Below are positions 12,220-24,910 of a DNA stretch of 51,443 nt, in pieces. The DNA is from Tubiluchus corallicola (lineage: Eukaryota; Animalia; Priapulida), in assembly GCA_030141605.1 (NCBI GenBank), contig JAQGDQ010001260.1, positions 1 to 51,443 on the forward strand, read 5' to 3'. Made by a program: the position numbers and the translations under genes. Within the stretch, counting starts at the first letter, position 1, and each line of letters opens with the position of its first letter. The notes below the pieces were generated by a model, which did no database searches, was not told the origin of the DNA, and saw nothing but the letters and a program-made list of their open reading frames with translations.

Positions 12220-14500
12220 CATCAAGACTTCATATTCGTTATTACTTATTTTGACCCTGTATATTAATATTAGAGCTGCTACAAAATTATAAGAAAGTTA
12301 ACGTTTATTGCATGTAATTAAAAGTTATTTTTCAGATACGTATATTTCAGAACCCGAGATATTAAATTGGTAAGTTTGACTGTTTTCTTGTTGAATTTTT
12401 AAATTTTAAACTTTACCCTACTGTCCGTGTGTCTATTTGTCCACTGTCCACAATAGGTTTTTCTCTTGTCTTTCTGTAACAAATGACCGGATCGTCGTGA
12501 AACTCGTGTGATTCGAACTCTAGATCCTCCTCTGCAGTTAAAATCTTGACATTGCTAAAATTGTTTTAGCTGACCGAGCCGTGAATAACACTTCATTTTT
12601 TTGCTTATTTCAGATTGAGTATTCACGAGGTTCAAAGAAAATTTGCTTTTTAGCCAGAAACCCTTTCCATTTACTTTTTTATTTTCTGCTGTTAATAATG
12701 TCTCATGTTGTGTGAGATTATTCTTTATTTATATCACTTTTTACAGGATCATCTTACAATTTATTTTTGAAACATTTTAAGTTAACAAGCCAGTCCCACG
12801 ATAGGACTAGGTATCGGGCAAAAACATTCTCAGAATGTTTGGCAAACTTAAATAATTGAACGGTTTCAGTTGCAGTTAATTGGACATTTTCCTTTGACTG
12901 ACTGTGCGATTAAAATCGTTTTTGTGAGGTTCTGGATGATCGATTGCTGGTCGCGAAAAGGGTAGTTGTTTTTACTTTTATAATTTTAAAATTTGATAAA
13001 CTGGAAATGTTTCTCTGCAGAACTCAATTCAAATTTTTATCTTGGTAGATAAAATCATACGAGATAGGATTGTGAGACCCACGATGTCTGCAGAGCAAAG
13101 CATCGGGTGATTCATTAGTTTAAGTTTTTCTGTTTAGCTGCCTCGATACGTCATTAGGTTGCCATGACAACCGTTTCATGAAAATCGTGTTCTCTAGATT
13201 CTATAAAACGTCCTCTATCATTGCCATGTAATCCGTTGTTTCACATTTTATCAACAAGTATTTAGAATGTTTACAATAGAAAACTGGCTAAAAATATATT
13301 ACATGGTCAGCAACGAGACTGAGGATTTGCTTCAAGACGAAACAGACCTGTTTATAAGGTTACATTGCAAGCGAGTAGAAAGCGCTTTTTAACATAAAAA
13401 CTGGGTGGGATATACCACTGCAGACCCCTTATACCTCTTCCCTTACCTCAAGTTGGGTCTGTATTTTTGTAATTGGTAATTTTCTAATTTTCAGGTTTTT
13501 ATTTTCAGGTAACTCAGTAATTGCTAAAAAGCATAAAAAGTGATACTATTTTACTTAGTTTTGCAAGCAGTGATTCAGTACAGAGCTGCTTTGAATGCTT
13601 TTTATTGCTGTTAAACTGAATAGCCTAAACGTTGCAAAGCGGTACCTAAGCGACTCTTATTGCTGGTAATTAGTATGTCCTAAATGACAAAAACTGTTTT
13701 GATTGAAGTTCGATAATTGTAACTACAAGTTCGATTAAAGCAAAACTTGAAACTTAAAGCATAAGAATAGAGCACACAGACAGTGTGATAACAAACTACA
13801 TTATGTCTGTACCGAGCACCAGTAATCCGTTGTGTTTGCAATCATTAAAATTTCTACACTCAATAACCTGAAGACTTTGCTGCCAGTAAACGGAACATCG
13901 TTTTTCTTGTACAATGGTATGACAGAATTAGGCCTGCCAAAAAGTAGAAACAGTAAATGGATAAAGGTGTATTCCCCTATTCGAAATCCTAAAATAATTA
14001 TGAAAATGTCAGCATAATAATCGGCCCATGCGACGACGCAAATAGCCACCAAAGTAGTTTTCATTTTGCTATGAGTTATACAGCATCTCCCCGATGACAC
14101 CCCACCCCCACCACCGGTTCTATTGAGGCCATATTAACGACTTTTTAGAGGCTTACATGTTTGCAAAGATTTATTTTCCCGAGTTTATCCAACCGGTGAT
14201 GGTCAACCTCTACCCGTCTGTCGGGCGAGGCCTGCGAACTTCGGACCACATTCATATGCAAGACGTTATATTAAAAGAATTGCTACTAGTGGGACAGAAT
14301 AGTTCCAAATTGTTACTCTGTTTTGTTACTATATTACGACACACGCACGATTTTATAGGGGAAAATGGATTGACTATTTTAACGACTTTAGAGGCCTTAA
14401 AGCCTCGTGACTACTTTAAGCTTAAAGCCTCGTGACTACTTTTACATGTTTGTTATACAACTATTTTTAGAGCTTATCCAAAGGATAATGGTAGCCACAC
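12220..14500 (+). pseudogene. Decayed inverted paralog of the C2HC zinc-finger gene
   Basis: 12220-12800 is reverse-complement homologous to about 30460-31090, but the ATG/donor segment is missing. 13830-13900 matches about 30380-30450 and 14000-14170 matches about 27390-27570. 14183-14265 translates VYPTGDGQPLPVCRARPANFGPHSYARR versus AYPTGAGRPMPVRRVRPANFRPHPYARR. No finger exons were found. Confidence 0.8.
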
Positions 14501-14864
14501 TTCAGTGCTGACAAATCTCGTTTGTAAACTTTAATTCCATGACTGAAAATGAAGAGAGAACTTATGAGACACGAACCTGTTTTTTATTTGGGAGCAGCAA
14601 ACTATTTAAACGCAGTGAGATTACAGTCTAGGTAAGAAAAACCTCAGTCGATATTTCTGCAAAGAAGCCATGAAAAGTTAAATGATAATTATGCAACTCA
14701 TTAGTGCAACATTTCCTTACCTAAATAACACAACTGAAGCAACAATTATCTACTCAAATTAATGTTACAAGAAAGATTGCAGGTGTTGAACATAAAAATG
14801 CCATTGACCCATAATTAGCAATAGCCAATAGCCACTCAACAGAACAACAAGTTCTTGGGAAAAA

Positions 14865-15880
14865 AACTGGAACCATCTGCTTTCACAACTTTGTCAAGCA
14901 CCCTTTAGCAGTAACTATGAACCAAATGAAATTCAGAAACGGGGGGGGGGGGGTATTTTCAATCATCATCGATAACTAATAGCCACTCGACCAAAAACTG
15001 GAACCATCTACTTGCACAACTTTGTCAAACACCCTATAGCAGTAACTATGAATCAAATGAGATTCAGAAACGGGGGTGGGGGGGTGTTTATTTTCCATGA
15101 TCATCAATAACTAATAACCACTCGACAAAACAACAAGTTCCTGGGAAAAAACTGGAATCAACTGCTTGCACAACTTTGTCAAGTACCCTATAGCAGTAAC
15201 TATGAACCAAATGAGATTCAGAAACTGGAATCATCTGCTTGCACAACTTTGTCAAGTACCCTATAGCAGTAACTATGAACCAATTGAGATTCAGAAACTG
15301 GAATCAACTGCTTGCACAACTTTGTCAAATACCCTATAGCAGTAACTATGAACCAAATGAGATTCAGAAACTGGAATCATCTGCTTGCACAACTTTGTCA
15401 AGTATCCTATAGCAGTAAATACGAACCAAATGATATTCAGAAACTGGAATCATGTGCTTGCACAACTTTGTCAAGCACCCTATAGCAGTAACTACGAACC
15501 AAATGAGATTCAGAAACTGGAATCATCTGCTTGCACAACTTTGTCAAGTATCCTATAGCAGTAAATACGAACCAAATGAGATTCAGAAACTGGAATCATC
15601 TGCTTGCACAACTTTGTCAAGTATCCTATAGCAGTAAATACGAACCAAATGAGATTCAGAAACTGGAATCATCTGCTTGCACAACTTTGTCAAGTATCCT
15701 ATAGCAGTAAATACGAACCAAATGAGATTCAGAAACTGGAATCATCTGCTTGCACAACTTTGTCAAATACCCTATAGCAGTAACTATGAACCAAATGAGA
15801 TTCAGAAACTGGAATCATCTGCTTGCACAACTTTGCCAAATACCCTATAGCAGTAACTATGAACCAAATGAGATTTAGAG
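14865..15880. repeat. 73-bp minisatellite
   Basis: GAAACTGGAATCATCTGCTTGCACAACTTTGTC at 15221, 15294 and onward. The first copies are separated by G-run spacers. Confidence 0.93.
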
Positions 15881-17869
15881 AATGGGAGCAATTTTCCATA
15901 ATCATCAATAGCCAAAATCTACAATTAACTTGATAGAACAACAGCACTTAAGACAAAAATTAGAATGATGTCTGCTGGACTGCTTCGCCATGGAACCTGT
16001 TGCTGTGATTGCTTAAAAACCAAAAGGAAATAATAATCGAAAAGAAGTAGTTCATCATTCTTAAATGTGTTTACAAAAGGAAATGTTGTTTCTCGAATGA
16101 AAAGAAATCAGCAAAAATTACAATAAAAACAAAAACTGTTAAAAGAAGACAAATAATGGCGGCGGCAACAACAATGACGACCAAAATCACCAAAATAATT
16201 ACTGGTAGTCTTGTGGTTTCTTTACAAAGAAGCTAGTAGTAGTGGAGATGACGATGATGATGATGATGATGGCGAAGGCTATCATGACAATACTGAAACA
16301 AAATAATACAATACTTGTTTGTAAAATAGCCCAGTTCTACATAGAAATGTGAATGGTTCCCAGTCGAGAAAGAAAAAACGTTTCTGCATTCAGTGATTAC
16401 CTGATTCAACTGTGAGAAATCTACAAGAAATCTACAGAAATCTAGAACATGCAAATTCGTTTGTTCGTCAGTCAACCGAAAAACATTTAAATTTTACAAT
16501 GTGCATTACCAAATCCCATAGTGATGTGACATCTATTGATTTTAATCATTATTTTACCACGAATAGGTTAAACTAGTACTATAAATAAGACTATATTAAG
16601 TTAGTTGTAAAATTTCTTTAATCACAATAATAACGGATTGGGGATCGTGAATGCCGGTTATACGAAACACAAGACAAAAGCTTGTCCCTACAAAGTACGA
16701 GGATGGAAGAGAAAGATAAATTATTGCTGGCACCGAGCCAAGATTACAGCTGCAAGGTCTTCACAGATATTCATAAATATTTTTGCTCAAAATTTCATGC
16801 AAAATAACTATAAAATTTTTGCTGCCAAATTATCGGTGGGGAGGGGTAATGTCGGTGGAGACTTTATACCACTTACATGCTACCTTTTCGTATGCATCGC
16901 TTGCATTGGACGTAACGCTGTATAAAACGTGTAAATTTAAACTCCAGATGACCGTTAGGTGAAGCCATTTTAATGGTAGCGAAACAAGTTTTGATAACAC
17001 TAAATAAAGTTTGAAAAAATAATCAGAGTATTCGTAGCATGAACGTTGCTAATTAAGTAAACTTTTAAATTACTGTCTCTTCTCAATAACATTAAAAATA
17101 CGTTCTAGGCTAGTGAGTGGCGCACCCTGGTGGGCGCGTCAGTGACATTTAACCAATTGGCACAAACATTTTAAATTATTAATCTAATTATTTAAGTCTT
17201 TGCAGCAGGTAAGTGAAATGCTAAATAATATAGATTTGCGCGAGTTTTTTAGATCACAATTTAACATTGCCTTTTCTTCCCCTGATTTACGTGACGTCGG
17301 AACAGTATTGCGGGAGATTTAAAATGAAAACAAACGAACTTTCTTTTCAACGTGAATACGATATGTACATAAAATTACTGTAAAGTGGTATAAATTTTCA
17401 AGGTGATTATTCTGAAACCTATTTTAGGTGCCCCTTTTCTTGTCCTTTAAGCGTTCGACCAACATTAGAAGTTGTCCAGAACAAGCCCAAACCAGTGTCA
17501 GTTAATCACCAAATTCACTCGATTAGAACTATACAAGGTACTTGTTTACTGTTTACACCATGTTCAGAGCAGACTGTACCACTCTATACAAGGTGCTTGT
17601 TTACTGTTTATACCATGTTCAGAACAGACTGTACCACTAAACAAGCTAAGTAGTTAGCTGGGGCAACAAATTTTAAAGGGGCGCCAAATTTTAGAAGTCT
17701 CTAATTTTCAAGTTTAGCATAAGTGATAACAATTATGAACAAATGTGCTTAATAAACCAAGAGGGCTAGAACATGCACCAATTATAAGCAACCATTATAC
17801 TTTATAATATTCAAATTCAGTTTTTGGGGTATTGTGGAGGTGGCAGCGGGAGAAGGGATTGAGCGTTGA

Positions 17870-19058
17870 AGGGAGGGCCCTAAAAATTCTACGTTGAACA
17901 GAGGGCGCCAAAAACTCTACGTGGAAGAGAGGGCGCCAAAAACTCTATTTGGAAAAGAGGGCGTCAAAAACTCTATTTGGAAAAGATTGCGTCAAAAACT
18001 CTATGTTGAAGAAAGGGCGCCAAAAACACTACGTGGAAAAGAGGGTCCTAAAAATTCTATGTTGAAGAGAGGGCGCCAAAAACTCTACGTGGAAAAAAGA
18101 GTGCTAAAATTCTACGTGGAAAAGGGGGCGTTAAAAACTCTACGTGGAAAAGATGGTGCTAAAAATTCTACCTGGAAAAAGGGTGCTAAATATTCTATGT
18201 GGAAAAGGGGACGTTAAAAACTCTACGGGAAAAGAGGGTGCTAAAAATTCTACGTTGAACAGAGGGCGCCAAAAACTCTACGTGGAAAAGAGGGCGCCAA
18301 AAACTCTACTCTATTTGGAAAAGAGGGCGTCAAAAACTCTATGTTGAAGAAAGGGCGCCTAAAACACTACGTGGAAAAGAGGGTCCTAAAAATTCTATGT
18401 TGAAGAGAGGGCGCCAAAAACTCTACGTGGAAAAAAGGGTGCTAAAAACTCTACGTGGAAAAGAGTGGAAAAGAGGGTGCTAAACATTCTATGTGGAAAA
18501 GGGGACGTTAAAAACTCTACGGGAAAAGAGGGTGTTAAAAAATCTACGTTGAACAGAGGGCGCCAAAAACTCTACGTGGAAAAGAGGGCGCCAAAAACTC
18601 TATTTGGAAAAGAGGGCATCAAAAACTCTATGTTGAAGAAAGGGCGCCAAAAACACTACGTGGAAAAGAGGGTCCTAAAAATTCTATGTTGAAGAGAGGG
18701 CGCCAAAAACTCTACGTGGAAAAAAGGGTGCTAAAAATCTACGTGGAAAAGAGGGCGCTAAAAACTCTACGTGCAAAAGAGGGTGCTAAAAATTCTACGT
18801 GGAAAAGGGGGCGTTAAAACTCTACGTGGAAAAGAGGGCGCTAAAAACTCTACGTGGAAAAGAGGGTGCTAAAAATTCTACGTGGAAAAGGGGGTGTTAA
18901 AAACTCTACGTGGAAAAGAGGGTGCTAAAAATTCTATGTTAAAGAGAGGGTGCCAAAAACTCTATGTGGAAAAGATGACGCCAAATATTCTAGGTGGAAG
19001 AGAGGGCACTAAAAAAATTTTTGCCTAGAGCACCCCAAACTGCCCAGAGCCGTCCCTG
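17870..19058. repeat. 28-bp minisatellite with higher-order blocks, ending at a MITE-like terminus
   Basis: Unit AAAAACTCTACGTGGAAAAGAGGGCGCT. A variant block starting CGTTGAACAGAGGGCGCC recurs three times. The array is followed by ...GAGCCGTCCCTG. Confidence 0.88.
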
Positions 19059-19724
19059 ACCGTGTTACATTTTTATACAGTCACAAAACAGAACATAAAC
19101 ACAAAATTTAAGTAGGACACACTGGAACACTATAGACTTTTCTGCTAAGTATAAAGGAAACAGACAAAAGAGATACGTGGAGTAAACAAAGCTTGACCAC
19201 TTCTGGAAGTTGTCCATAATAAACCCAGTGTAAGTGATAGTCTTACAAATTAACAATTGTTAAGAAGCAAAGTGACCAAGTCTTTGAAGTAGTTAGGCGT
19301 GATGGTGATATATAACTTGAGAGGGAAGTTTTTTGCGACTATAAAAAGTACTAACACTATAAATTATAATAAATTTTCTATATAGTGGCTTGCGTTATTG
19401 TACTGCTGTAAATGCCAAATAAAGTCAGCGTAAGTTGACAGCGAGACTGTAATCTCGGACCAACCAGCGAGTTTAACCACCCCTAAAAGACCTCAAGAAC
19501 AAACCAACGGAGGTATAGGTAGACTCAAGATCACGTTTTATAAAACGTTGCCATTGTTTCGTCTTCAGACCAAAACACTCAAATGCTGTATGTTGCAAAT
19601 AACACTGACCACCAGGGACAAATAATGTGCGAATATCTCACCTAGTGATTTAAAGAGTAAGCAGGCAGGGGACGAATACGAAAGTGCAGCACTGTTTAAA
19701 AATAGTAAAAACTCATTGAATAGT

Positions 19725-20545
19725 CAAAACAACTTTCCAACCTAGCGATTATTTATTTATTATTTGGATTACGTATGTAACTGTCACTTCAACTGTGTCT
19801 TAGAACTCTAGAATTGTTAAGGAGCTAAGTCATCAAACTTAAGCAGGTCATAGCAAGAGATGGGAGAAAAATTGTTGTTGGGTAGGTGGTGACATGGGGG
19901 AGGGGGGCAGTTTAGGGTCAAAGTTTACAACAAGTAAGGACTATGAGCGGCTGGACAAGCAAAGGTACTCCTCTTACTGTACCAAGTGAGGAAGTGACAT
20001 TGGAGAAGTGGTCAGTGACCTTGAGTGTGTGGATTAAAGTCAAAGGAGATGAAAGTTTAAAACCTACTAGAGAAAGGAGGTTAGAAAACTGCAAGGAGCT
20101 CATTGACAAACATTATGCAACTCATAACAAGAGGTAGATGAGTAACGAAGATGGGGTATTCAGTGACTTTGAGTGGGTGGTTCACAGGTAAAGGTGACAA
20201 CAAAAGCACAACGGCAAAGAATTCGGAAAGGAAAGGTAGATAACTTACTGTACCAGGTGGAGAAGGAGATCGATGAAGTAATCAATGACTTTAGATTAGT
20301 GGTTGAAGAGGAAAGGATGCTACGATTTAGAAACAATTATAAGAGACAATTGCATTAAAATGGTAAGCGGGAGTTGTGTGCCTGAACTGATGCAACTTAT
20401 ACGGTTGAAGGTCAAAAGTCACAACAATTTCAAAATGTGGGTGTTTGAGATGACAGGCTGGACAACAATTACCAAACGACAAGGAGTTAGGAAAGCAGAA
20501 GCTTGCAACGCATTGTACTCGTGGGGCAAAGGACGTTGGTGACTT
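19725..20545 (+). pseudogene. Decayed ORF of unknown family, left arm of an inverted pair
   Basis: Homologous to the reverse complement of 21955-22790, with many synonymous-type differences, stops and frameshifts. Confidence 0.55.
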
Positions 20546-21954
20546 TAGTTTGTGGTTTAAATTCAGTGACAACTCAAACTCTCTATAAGGTGACTTTAGT
20601 TTGTGGTTTAAATTCAGTGACAACTACGTTGAGTGACCAATAATGACGTAACCAGTGATACAATATGATAAAATGTGCCTGCTTTCTTACAAAAAAACGT
20701 CACTTGCAACTTATCATTAAAATTATATCTGCTGCTAAAAGAATTTTTCCCAATCTAATATCACTTTATTGAGAAGTAAGTTTAATTGCTGTAATTTCAG
20801 TTAAATTACTGCAGTAAAAACAAGTTTTACCTCAGGACTAAGGGCAAGATTACAAGATGGTTTTTAGCCCAAATTTTAATCATAACATCTTCAACACACA
20901 ACGCCGCAGTGTTCAAGTTGCTACAGTTACTGCAGCAGCTGCCGGCAGCGCTGCAGTCGCTCTTGATGATTCAGAGCCTATTAATTAACGTAATCCTAAT
21001 TAGTGCAGATCTAACTGCAAGATATTCAAAGTTTTACAAAGTAAAAGCCGTGTCTCACTGTTTCTTATTTACCTCGTGAATGTTGGAACACTTTGTAAGA
21101 CTTTGAATAAAATAATCTATTCTTTAATTAATAAATTAATTAACGGCTCTAACGTGGCAAGGAGAGTAAGATCTTTTAAATGATTTGCATATCATATAAA
21201 TATAAAAAACCACTTGATAAAAACAAGTTTTATAGTTTTAATTGATGAGACCCTACGCTCCTTACCTACCGCCCTATTACTAACTAAAACTAAAACTAAC
21301 TATCATTAATTATCACTAACTATCTCTAACTATTGCTAAAACTGCTGCAGCTTGAACATATGACACCAAATTTTCCGATGTTTGTTTATGAATATTTTTC
21401 TAACATTTTTGAAATGAAAACAACATGGAAGTCACAAAATTGCTCAAGTAAGCGGATTTTTTTTAACAAATTTTGCTTTCAGAACTGGATCATAGAAAAT
21501 GTTTGCACTACAGTAAGTTAATGATTACGTTTTCAACTCAAACTGTCTTGCATAAATTAGTGCAGCAGATATAATAAGTAAACCTTAGCTAGCATAGGTC
21601 TACTGATAAATTGCAAGTGAAACAAGTGTGTGTGGTGGTGGGGGGGGGTGTAAATGATATTGTAAATGAAAAATCTAAGAAGTTAAAAAACATTGTCTTA
21701 CTTCTTTTACTGTCGTGTAGACTACGATGTAAAAAATTGAAAATGGCACACATATGTAAGGTCTCCTGTTTTACAGTTTGAAAACGGTACACAGTTGTAC
21801 TGTAAGTACACAATCAGCTTGCCAGCATCAAGAGTTCTAGATTGAGAGGCAAAATGAATAATATTAGCCTTGCACTGGTTGCCTTGCACTTTAGCAGTAA
21901 TTCAGTACAACTGCTTTTTACAGATGTTTTGAGTTGCCACAGTTTATGATAATT

Positions 21955-22790
21955 AGTCACCCTCCCTTTAGAAAAATACGTTGCAAGCCTTTGTTCGCCT
22001 AACTACTGGTGGTTTGAGAAGTTGTTGCAGCCCATGACCTCGTACTGCTCACAGTTTTACAATTGTGCGGCTTCTAACCTTGAACCTCCACCAACAAAGT
22101 CATTCGCTAACCTCATTACGTAACATAAGTTGCATCAGTTTGAACACTCAGCTCCTTGAGCTTTTATAACTGCTTCTTATAATAGTTTTTAAATCTTAAC
22201 GTTCTTTATCTAGAACAACCAATAAAAACTCACTGATTACATAACCAAACTCGTTCTCTGCCCGGTATAGCAAGTTCTCCAGCTTTGCTTGCCAAATTCA
22301 TTGCAATTGTGCAATTATTGCAACGTTTAACTGTGAACTATCAACTTAAACTCACCAAATACCTCATTTTAGTTACTCGCCCACTTCGTATTATGAGTCG
22401 CATAAGGTTAGTCAGCAAGCTCTTGTAGTTTTATGACTTCCCTTCTGTAGTAGTTAATGAACTTCCACTTCCGTTGACCTCAATCCACCCACGCAAGGTC
22501 ACCGACCACTTCTCCAATGTGACTTCCTCACTTGGGACAGTAAGAGGAGTACCTTTGCTTGCCCAGCCGCTCAAAGTCCGTACTTGTTGTAAACTTTGAC
22601 CTTAGACTGCCCCCCGCCCATGTCAACACCTACCCAACAACAATTTTTCTCCCATCTCTTGCTATGACCTGCTCAAGTTTGATGACTTAGCTCCTTAACA
22701 ATTCTAGAGTTCTAAGACACAGTTGAAGTGACAGTTACATAAGTAATCAAAGCAGTAAATAAACAATCACAAGGTTGGAAAATATCATTT
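21955..22790 (-). pseudogene. Decayed ORF of unknown family, right arm of an inverted pair
   Basis: For example KLENLLYRAENEFGYVISEFLLVV aligns to KVDNLLYQVEKEIDEVINDFRLVV of the left arm. Confidence 0.55.
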
Positions 22791-22939
22791 TGACATTCTG
22801 AATAAAAAAGCTTTACTAATTTTTAGAGCGAGAATAGGCATTTTTTAGGGAAACACTTGACAAGGCATAATGTTTTTAAAGAAGGAAGTCATGTATCCTT
22901 GTAAATATATGGATAACAGGTTATGCAGAAAGATAATTC

Positions 22940-23255
22940 CAATTCTAAACCGCATGTTGCACGCAAACTATTTCTGAACCTTATAGATTTCTCACAATTG
23001 AACTTGCTAGAAACTGTGAATAATTCTAGTTCTGAACTGCAGGTTGCACGCAAAATATTTCTGAACCTTATAGATTTCTCACAATTGAACTATTTCTGAA
23101 CTTGAACTGCAGGTTGAACACGTCAGAAACTGTGAATAATTCTAGTACTGAACTGCAGGTTGCACACAAACTATTTCTGAACTTGAACTGCAGGTTGCAC
23201 ACAAACTATTTCTGAACTTGAACTGCAGGTTGAACACGTCAGAAACTGTGAAGTG
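22940..23255. repeat. Short composite tandem repeat
   Basis: TGAACTGCAGGTTG and CTATTTCTGAAC modules recur. Confidence 0.8.
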
Positions 23256-24499
23256 ACAGATGTCTTTCACGTAAAGAATTGTCGACTACTGCTTGAAAGC
23301 GATGTGCATGCGCTGGTCGAAAAGAACCAATCAAACAATTTAAACTAAATGCGCAAAATCCTGCCTAACAATCTTCAAACAAACGACACTTAAGACGCCA
23401 TCCAGGGGACGCCAAAAACCTGCAAGTGTTTCTTATTGGCTAGAAAAAGTCTAAGCAAAATTTGGTTTAAATAATTTCATGAAATGACAGCAGGAAAACA
23501 CAATAGAAACAATGATGCCCTCTCGCTTACGTGCAGACCAACTTTGCTTGTATATACATAAAAATGTGAAAACAGATGTCGTGCAAAATGCGAAATGAAT
23601 TTTATAAATTTGATTCCCTGACGACTAATTATCACAAATGAAGTCATACATTAAAAAAGAAGTTTTAGCGACCAACTACCAGGTGTCTCCACTTCATTAC
23701 TTGACTCGTCTTGACAAACAACAAACTTATTTAGACACTGAACAGAATTAAGTGAAGTGTCCATCGCACAAACACATTAGACAATCATCAAACTGAACCT
23801 GAATAGAAATGATGATGCAGAATAGGGCCAGGGATGCTGAATGTTAAAGCATCAATTTAAGAATATTACATTGTATCAGAAACAAGTGTTTCACAAAGCA
23901 TACTATGAGGATAATTGTAATGGCTTTTTCTATGACACAACACACAATAAAATATAACAGTAATGTAAAAAACCTTGTTGTTGCAATAGGCATCTGATGT
24001 CTCCATTTGTTGTAGAAAACATTGCTTTTGGACATCTGATCTTGTGTTAAGCAAGACAATCCAGTGTTGCCGCTCCTTGCATTCCATATACTGCACAGAA
24101 TTTCATGATTCCACTCACTGTGCTGCACATCTGATGTTCTCAGTAATTGTTGTGAATGTTGCATAAAATACATGATGATGCTGCATACACACCACTGCAC
24201 GTTTTCCTATATAAAAATGAAAAAAGGTCAAAATGCTACAATTGTTTGCAGAAAAAACATGGATACTGCGGCATGCTGACATAGTGAGATGAAAATTACT
24301 GTTACACGTTTGGGTTAATGGGTAGCAAAAAAGTTTCTCGTGTGAAACTACTCCAACTAGTCAGAGGAGGAGGAAGAGGGTGACTTGTCCTCCCCGCCCC
24401 CGTTGGGAATCACCACTAGAGCACCTATGACATTTCATTGTCTTACTGTAGGAGATTACAATAAGTAATTGTAGAGAAAAAAGACATACCAAAAACATC

Positions 24500-24910
24500 T
24501 TAATCAGAAAACCATGGCTGTCCATGAATAGCTTCCCACCGCCATCTCTCATAATCGCTTACGTCATGTGATGTATCAAGGTCACTATCGACATACGTGT
24601 CCGACAAAATCCGCTCCCGTTCCTCCAGAACACGCCGGACACGCTCCTGCTCTTCTTCCTCCTCATCAGAACGAGACCGCCGCCTGGGACGGCCAGGCGA
24701 CGGTGGCCAGGGGTATCCAGGAAGAGCAAATCCATGCTCCTTCCTGAATCCAACACTCTCCCGCCACTCCTCGATACCCCTGGCAACGGAGTCCTCCGAG
24801 TCGCTGCTACCCACGGAGGTCGAAGATCGACGCAGCTCCTCCGGATGGAACGCCTGTGGGTAGCAGCCCGCCTCACAAACAACGGGTCCAACTGGAGCTG
24901 GAACAACTTG
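24500..24910 (-). CDS. C2HC zinc-finger gene, terminal coding exon (disordered S/D/E- and R-rich tail)
   Basis: Acceptor TATTTTTAG, phase 0, open QVVPAPVG...SSDSEDS...RPRRRSRSDEEEEE...PWFSD* (411 nt). It coincides with ORF 24500..24814. An alternative donor GAC|GTAAG near 24563 is possible. Confidence 0.75.
   Translation of the reverse strand, partial: QVVPAPVGPVVCEAGCYPQAFHPEELRRSSTSVGSSDSEDSVARGIEEWRESVGFRKEHGFALPGYPWPPSPGRPRRRSRSDEEEEEQERVRRVLEERERILSDTYVDSDLDTSHDVSDYERWRWEAIHGQPWFSD

Noticed and set aside
23844-24208. Extra downstream exon of the zinc-finger gene
   Set aside because: A good acceptor and an in-phase open frame exist, but the sequence is AT-rich unlike the other exons, has no motif, and needs transcript evidence.
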